A DNA stretch of 64,000 nucleotides from an uncultured Acidobacteriota bacterium (GTDB taxonomy: Bacteria > Acidobacteriota > Thermoanaerobaculia > Multivoradales > JAHEKO01). The stretch is taken from the NCBI GenBank assembly GCA_963713825.1, contig CAVQNG010000025.1:352001-416000 (forward strand), in the 5' to 3' direction. The translations under genes and the position numbers were made by a program. Shown piece after piece: positions 59,926 to 64,000 of this stretch (positions are counted from its first letter, which is position 1; the number at the start of each line of letters is the position of its first letter). The notes beneath the pieces were generated by a model. The model worked only from the letters and a program-made list of their open reading frames with translations. It was not told where the DNA came from and did no database searches.

Positions 59926-61689
59926 ATGCGGATGGAGAATCTCGAGATTGCCAAGGTGCTGTCGCAGATGGCCGACTTGTTGGAGATCCAGGACGCCAAT
60001 CCTTTCCGCGTCCGCGCCTACCGAAACGCCGCCCGTTTCGTCGATGGGCATGCCAAGCCGATGCGCAAGCTGGTCGAAGAGGAGAGTGACCTGACGGACC
60101 TGCCCGGCATCGGCAAGGAGATGGCCAGGCACATCCACGAGCTGATCGAAACGGCAGGGCTGTCGGTTCTCGACGAGTTGGCCGAGAAGATTCCCCGCTC
60201 GCTCATCGACGTCATCGAGCTACCTGGAGTGGGTCCGAAGAAGGCCAAGAAACTCTGGAAGGAGCTCGGCGTCGAAACGGTGGACGAGCTCGAGCAGCGC
60301 GCCGAGGCTGGAGACGTCGCGGCGCTGGATGGGTTCGGAGAGAAGAGCCAAGAGAAGATCCTCACCGGCATCGAACAGTTCCGACAGCACCGCAGCCGCT
60401 TCAAGCTGGTGGAAGCCGATCTGCTGGTACAACCCCTACTCGAATACCTACAGGAGAGCTCCGAGATCGAGCGCCTCGAGGTTGCCGGCAGTTACCGTCG
60501 CCGGGTAGAGACGGTCGGTGACATCGATCTGCTGGCCATCGCCAGCGACGCCGAGGCGGTGATGGATCGATTCACCGCGTACCCGAAAGTCACCCAGATA
60601 CAAATGTCGGGCGGCACGCGCGGTAGGGTCTCGTTGCAGTCCGGACTGGAAGTCGATCTGCGCATCCTCACCGAACCGAGTTATGGGGCGGCCCTGGTCT
60701 ATTTCACCGGCTCCAAAGAGCACAACATCAAGCTGCGCAAGCGGGCCATCGAGCGGGGGTTGAGGCTCTCGGAGTACGGGGTCTTTCGAGAGGACGGTGG
60801 CGGCGAGGACGAGTCAGAAGAGAAGGATCCATGGGCTGGCGAGCAACTAGCCGGTCGGACCGAGAAGGAAGTGTACTCCACCGTGGAGCTGCCCTGGATC
60901 GAGCCGGAGCTACGGGAGGATCGTGGCGAAGTCGAGGCTGCGGCCAGGGGCGAGCTGCCCGTCTTGGTGGAGCTGTCCGACATGAAGGGCGACCTGCAGA
61001 TGCACTCCACCTGGTCGGATGGCAAGAACAGCATCGAGGAGATGGTGGCGGCCTGTGCCGCTCGGGGCTACGAGTACATGGCCCTGACCGATCACAGCAA
61101 GGCTCTGGCTATGACCGGAGGTCTCGATGCCAAGCGTATCCGCGAGCAGTGGAAGGAGATCGAAGAGGTCCAGGAGCGGCACCCGGAGATCCGCATCCTG
61201 AGGAGTCAGGAAGTGGACATCCTGGCTGATGGCACGCTGGACCAGGACGAGGATGTGTTGGAGGAGCTCGATCTGGTGGTCGTCTCCGTTCACTCCCGCT
61301 TCGATCTGCCTGCGGCCGAGCAGACGGCACGGGTTCTGACGGCTCTCCAGCATCCACATGTCGATGTCCTCGCCCACCCGACCGGCAGGCTCATCAACCG
61401 TCGACCACCCTTCGACCTACAGATCGATGAAGTATTGGACTGCGCCAAAGAGAATGGCGTCGTAGTGGAGCTCAATGCGCATCCGGAACGTCTGGATCTC
61501 AAGGACAGCCACTTGATGCTGGCGCGCGAGTTGGGCTTGAAGGTGGCGATCAGCACCGATGCCCATCGGGCTCGGGATCTCGATCTCATGCACTACGGCG
61601 TCGAACAGGCCAGGCGAGCCTGGCTATCGAAGGCGGATGTGGTGAACGCACTGCCGCTGGAGGAGTTCCTGCAGCTGCTACGCAGCTAG
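59926..61689 (+). CDS. polX: DNA polymerase X with PHP exonuclease domain
   Basis: AGSYRR, GDIDLL, VDLR and FTGSKEHN. PHP motifs QMHSTWSDG, TDHS, AHPTGR and TDAH. Confidence 0.95.
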   Translation: MRMENLEIAKVLSQMADLLEIQDANPFRVRAYRNAARFVDGHAKPMRKLVEEESDLTDLPGIGKEMARHIHELIETAGLSVLDELAEKIPRSLIDVIELPGVGPKKAKKLWKELGVETVDELEQRAEAGDVAALDGFGEKSQEKILTGIEQFRQHRSRFKLVEADLLVQPLLEYLQESSEIERLEVAGSYRRRVETVGDIDLLAIASDAEAVMDRFTAYPKVTQIQMSGGTRGRVSLQSGLEVDLRILTEPSYGAALVYFTGSKEHNIKLRKRAIERGLRLSEYGVFREDGGGEDESEEKDPWAGEQLAGRTEKEVYSTVELPWIEPELREDRGEVEAAARGELPVLVELSDMKGDLQMHSTWSDGKNSIEEMVAACAARGYEYMALTDHSKALAMTGGLDAKRIREQWKEIEEVQERHPEIRILRSQEVDILADGTLDQDEDVLEELDLVVVSVHSRFDLPAAEQTARVLTALQHPHVDVLAHPTGRLINRRPPFDLQIDEVLDCAKENGVVVELNAHPERLDLKDSHLMLARELGLKVAISTDAHRARDLDLMHYGVEQARRAWLSKADVVNALPLEEFLQLLRS

Positions 61690-61690
61690 C

Positions 61691-61740
61691 GCGAGGGGCG
61701 TAGGGGCGTAGGGGCGTAAGGGGCTAGAAAGCAAGGGGCC
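61691..61740. repeat. Degenerate 8-nt tandem repeat (CGTAGGGG)
   Basis: GCGAGGGG CGTAGGGG CGTAGGGG CGTAAGGG GCTAGAAA GCAAGGGG between convergent genes. Confidence 0.8.
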
Positions 61741-62000
61741 TAGTGGGTGTGCTCTTCGGCGTGGCCAAGCACGCTCTCGCACTGATCGGGGGTCAGGAGA
61801 CCCTCGCTTTGCAGTCGAAGGGCGAGGAACTCCGCGATCGTCGTCAGGTCCCAGAGTGCCAGCTTCTGGGCCTCCATGGGACTCAGAGCCTCGTGCCGAA
61901 TGGCGAGGAACAAAAGAAATTCGGCCAGGGTGTCGATCACTGGCCTGCCCTCGGGCGAGGCCTTGAGGGCGCTGTCGATTCCAGGTAGCTGCAAAGACAT
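61740..62000 (-). CDS. Small hypothetical protein
   Basis: Helical, Leu/Glu-rich 86-aa ORF (MSLQLPG...). Start uncertain; ORF is open from 62078. Confidence 0.5.
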   Translation of the reverse strand: MSLQLPGIDSALKASPEGRPVIDTLAEFLLFLAIRHEALSPMEAQKLALWDLTTIAEFLALRLQSEGLLTPDQCESVLGHAEEHTH

Positions 62001-62105
62001 TAGTAAGTCCGCGGTCGTTCCCGTCCGTTCGCGACCATCCTCGCGCAATCGGCGAGAGGACGCAGTTAGCTTCTCCACTGCGGTGGGGCTGGAAGGTGTG
62101 CTGGC

Positions 62106-62573
62106 TCAGTATCCGGCCAGTGAGCGGGCCTCGTCGAGGAGGTCGAAGACTCTCTCCTGGTGCCGCGCTGGGTTGCCGTAAGTCGAGGCCGTGCCCCGGG
62201 CCATGGAATCGAACTGCGAGTACATCGTGCGCAGCTCGCCGGCCGCCTCGGCAGCCTTGCGACATGCTTCGGAGAGACACGTGCAGGACATCTCAGCGTC
62301 TCGAATCTCGGACTCGATATCCCAACTGGCAGTGGACCACTCGTCCGAGTCGACAGGTCCGGAGCTGAATCGCCTGGCGAGCTGGCCGAGGCTGTCGTTG
62401 GCGTGGGCGACGCTTTCGATGCAGGGCCCGGCAGGATCCGAGGTGTCGCCCTCGGTTGCTTCGTAGCTGCGGGCCGTCGGGGCGAACTGTTCCTGGATCC
62501 AGGGCAGGCCGCGGGTCAGTGCGAAGTAGATGAGAGCCATGACCACCGCGAAAGATACGAGTTTGGAGAGCAT
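62106..62573 (-). CDS. Membrane-anchored hypothetical protein with four Cys
   Basis: GAGGA RBS, N-terminal TM and a helical C-domain with C...CTC...C. Confidence 0.65.
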   Translation of the reverse strand: MLSKLVSFAVVMALIYFALTRGLPWIQEQFAPTARSYEATEGDTSDPAGPCIESVAHANDSLGQLARRFSSGPVDSDEWSTASWDIESEIRDAEMSCTCLSEACRKAAEAAGELRTMYSQFDSMARGTASTYGNPARHQERVFDLLDEARSLAGY

Positions 62574-62586
62574 AGTGATCGTCCTC

Positions 62587-63873
62587 TCAGGATTCCCTGG
62601 GCTTGGAGGTCGCCGTCATCCTGCGTCGTTGGGCGATTTCGGGCGCCTCCTTGAGGCAGGTTCCCAGGATCCCCAGTGAGGTCCAGAAGGCTGCTAGACC
62701 GGTTCGCTTGAGCTCGGCCGGGGAATCGCCAATCTGCGGAAAACCCTTCTCGTCGGGCTGCTGGCCTTCCCAATCGCGAAACAGACGCCCCCACTCACTC
62801 TCCAGGACCTCGGCCATCTGCTTCTTGGCCTTGAATGGATACCAGAAAGTGTCGTGGTACAGCACGCTGGCGGCGTAGGCCCACGGTGCCAGCACGGTCT
62901 TCAGGGACCACTCGATGGGCTTCTTGAGTGGGCCCCAGTAGATCTTGTGCTGCATCCGTGAAGCAAAGGTCATCTTCTTGAATGGTCCGACAAAATTCCA
63001 ACGCTCGGCGGCAGCCGAAGCGTCGCCGACCAACTCGATCTCTCGGAGGTCGCCGCAGCCGAGCCCGAGCTCGTGAGCCAGACGGATGAAGCGAATGTCC
63101 ATGGGGTCGAAGCCCATCAGCGCCGCGGCCACCGCATCGATGGCCACCTGGTCCGAGCTGGCGAGGATCACGTTCTTGACGTGCGGAATCATGCATCTCG
63201 GTCCAGGTCCGTCGCCCGCGAAGGTGCCGTCCATGACCGCGAAGACCCCGCGGTGGATCTTTTTCTGAATCATCAGGAGATCGACCAGGGTCTCGTGAAT
63301 CACCGGATGGGTCCAGTGTCGCTTCTCGTTGAGAAGACCTCCGAAGGCGTTCTTCATCGCGCCAGTGGTCGTGGTGAAGACATGGGTCTTCACCGTCGGG
63401 AGATGAATGATGTTCTCGCCGATGAATCGTCGCGGGATGTGGAAGCCCTGCGGGTATACGTCGTTGAGGCAGAGGAAATCGTCCGCCAGATCGCCCACCG
63501 CATCGCGAATGTGAATCCACTCCTCGCCTTCGTACAGATGGACGTTGTCGAGCCCATGAGCTTCGACAACCGGCAGCTGCTTGTTCTCACGCTCACCCAG
63601 ATGGGCGTCGATGACGACGGTCCGGTTGTGACAGGCGTGGATCAGCGAGGGATCGTAGCCGTCCTGAAGCATCGTTCGAATGACACCGTCGAGCTGCCAG
63701 GGCGTGGTAGAGCTGCCCGGGTAGAAGAAGTGCCACGAGATGTTCACCTTCAGCGCAGTGTCGGCATCGGGAGCGATGACTTGCCTGTAGCCGGCCAGGT
63801 GCATGAGCTCCGCATAGTCGGCAATCACCGAGCCCGGCTCGGTCTTGAGAATCGCTACACGAGATTTCGTCAT
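62587..63873 (-). CDS. DUF362-domain protein
   Basis: LKVN, LPTVKTH...TGAMKN.FG, VMDG...GDGP and D.VAIDA. Confidence 0.85.
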   Translation of the reverse strand: MTKSRVAILKTEPGSVIADYAELMHLAGYRQVIAPDADTALKVNISWHFFYPGSSTTPWQLDGVIRTMLQDGYDPSLIHACHNRTVVIDAHLGERENKQLPVVEAHGLDNVHLYEGEEWIHIRDAVGDLADDFLCLNDVYPQGFHIPRRFIGENIIHLPTVKTHVFTTTTGAMKNAFGGLLNEKRHWTHPVIHETLVDLLMIQKKIHRGVFAVMDGTFAGDGPGPRCMIPHVKNVILASSDQVAIDAVAAALMGFDPMDIRFIRLAHELGLGCGDLREIELVGDASAAAERWNFVGPFKKMTFASRMQHKIYWGPLKKPIEWSLKTVLAPWAYAASVLYHDTFWYPFKAKKQMAEVLESEWGRLFRDWEGQQPDEKGFPQIGDSPAELKRTGLAAFWTSLGILGTCLKEAPEIAQRRRMTATSKPRES

Positions 63874-64000
63874 GGAATCCGCCCTTGGAGGTGGGCGGGA
63901 GTGTACCACTGTGTGACTGTGAGAATGAGAACCCGGGGGTGGTGATGCCCCAGCGGCGGCCGCGGCACGAGCCGTGGCCGCCGAGGGATCAATGGCAAAG

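Overview
This is a high-GC, gene-dense chromosomal window. It is probably from an Acidobacteriota genome (Thermoanaerobaculia-like), inferred from the VWA/TPR pair, the DUF4097-ECF operon and a C-terminal IFxDGFE motif. About 50 CDS are supported, and I saw no tRNA, rRNA, CRISPR array or intact transposase. Ordinary content includes an ECF sigma/anti-sigma/DUF4097 operon, a YyaL-like thioredoxin protein, a two-permease RND system, a CusCBA-type efflux operon, lhgO, aspC, metK, agmatinase, a glpD/alkyl-DHAP-synthase-like pair, tetR, an mntR-like regulator, ligA, polX and a DUF362 protein. The strongest candidate for an undescribed system is a MamK-like actin (52161-53207) with no other magnetosome genes nearby, encoded 3 nt downstream of a membrane-anchored peptidoglycan amidase. 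Other notable items are a secreted M20 peptidase fused to a CpcT/CpeT bilin-lyase-like domain, and a coupled module of pseudokinase, helical protein, PTP-like lipoprotein and tandem-PilZ protein behind a CRP-like palindrome. There is also a motif-less squalene-synthase-fold protein, a Cys-rich leader ORF ahead of the cus operon, an apparent frameshift at the lhgO start, and dispersed 7/8-nt tandem repeats plus REP-like hairpins. All family calls come from motif recognition by eye; no database searches were run.
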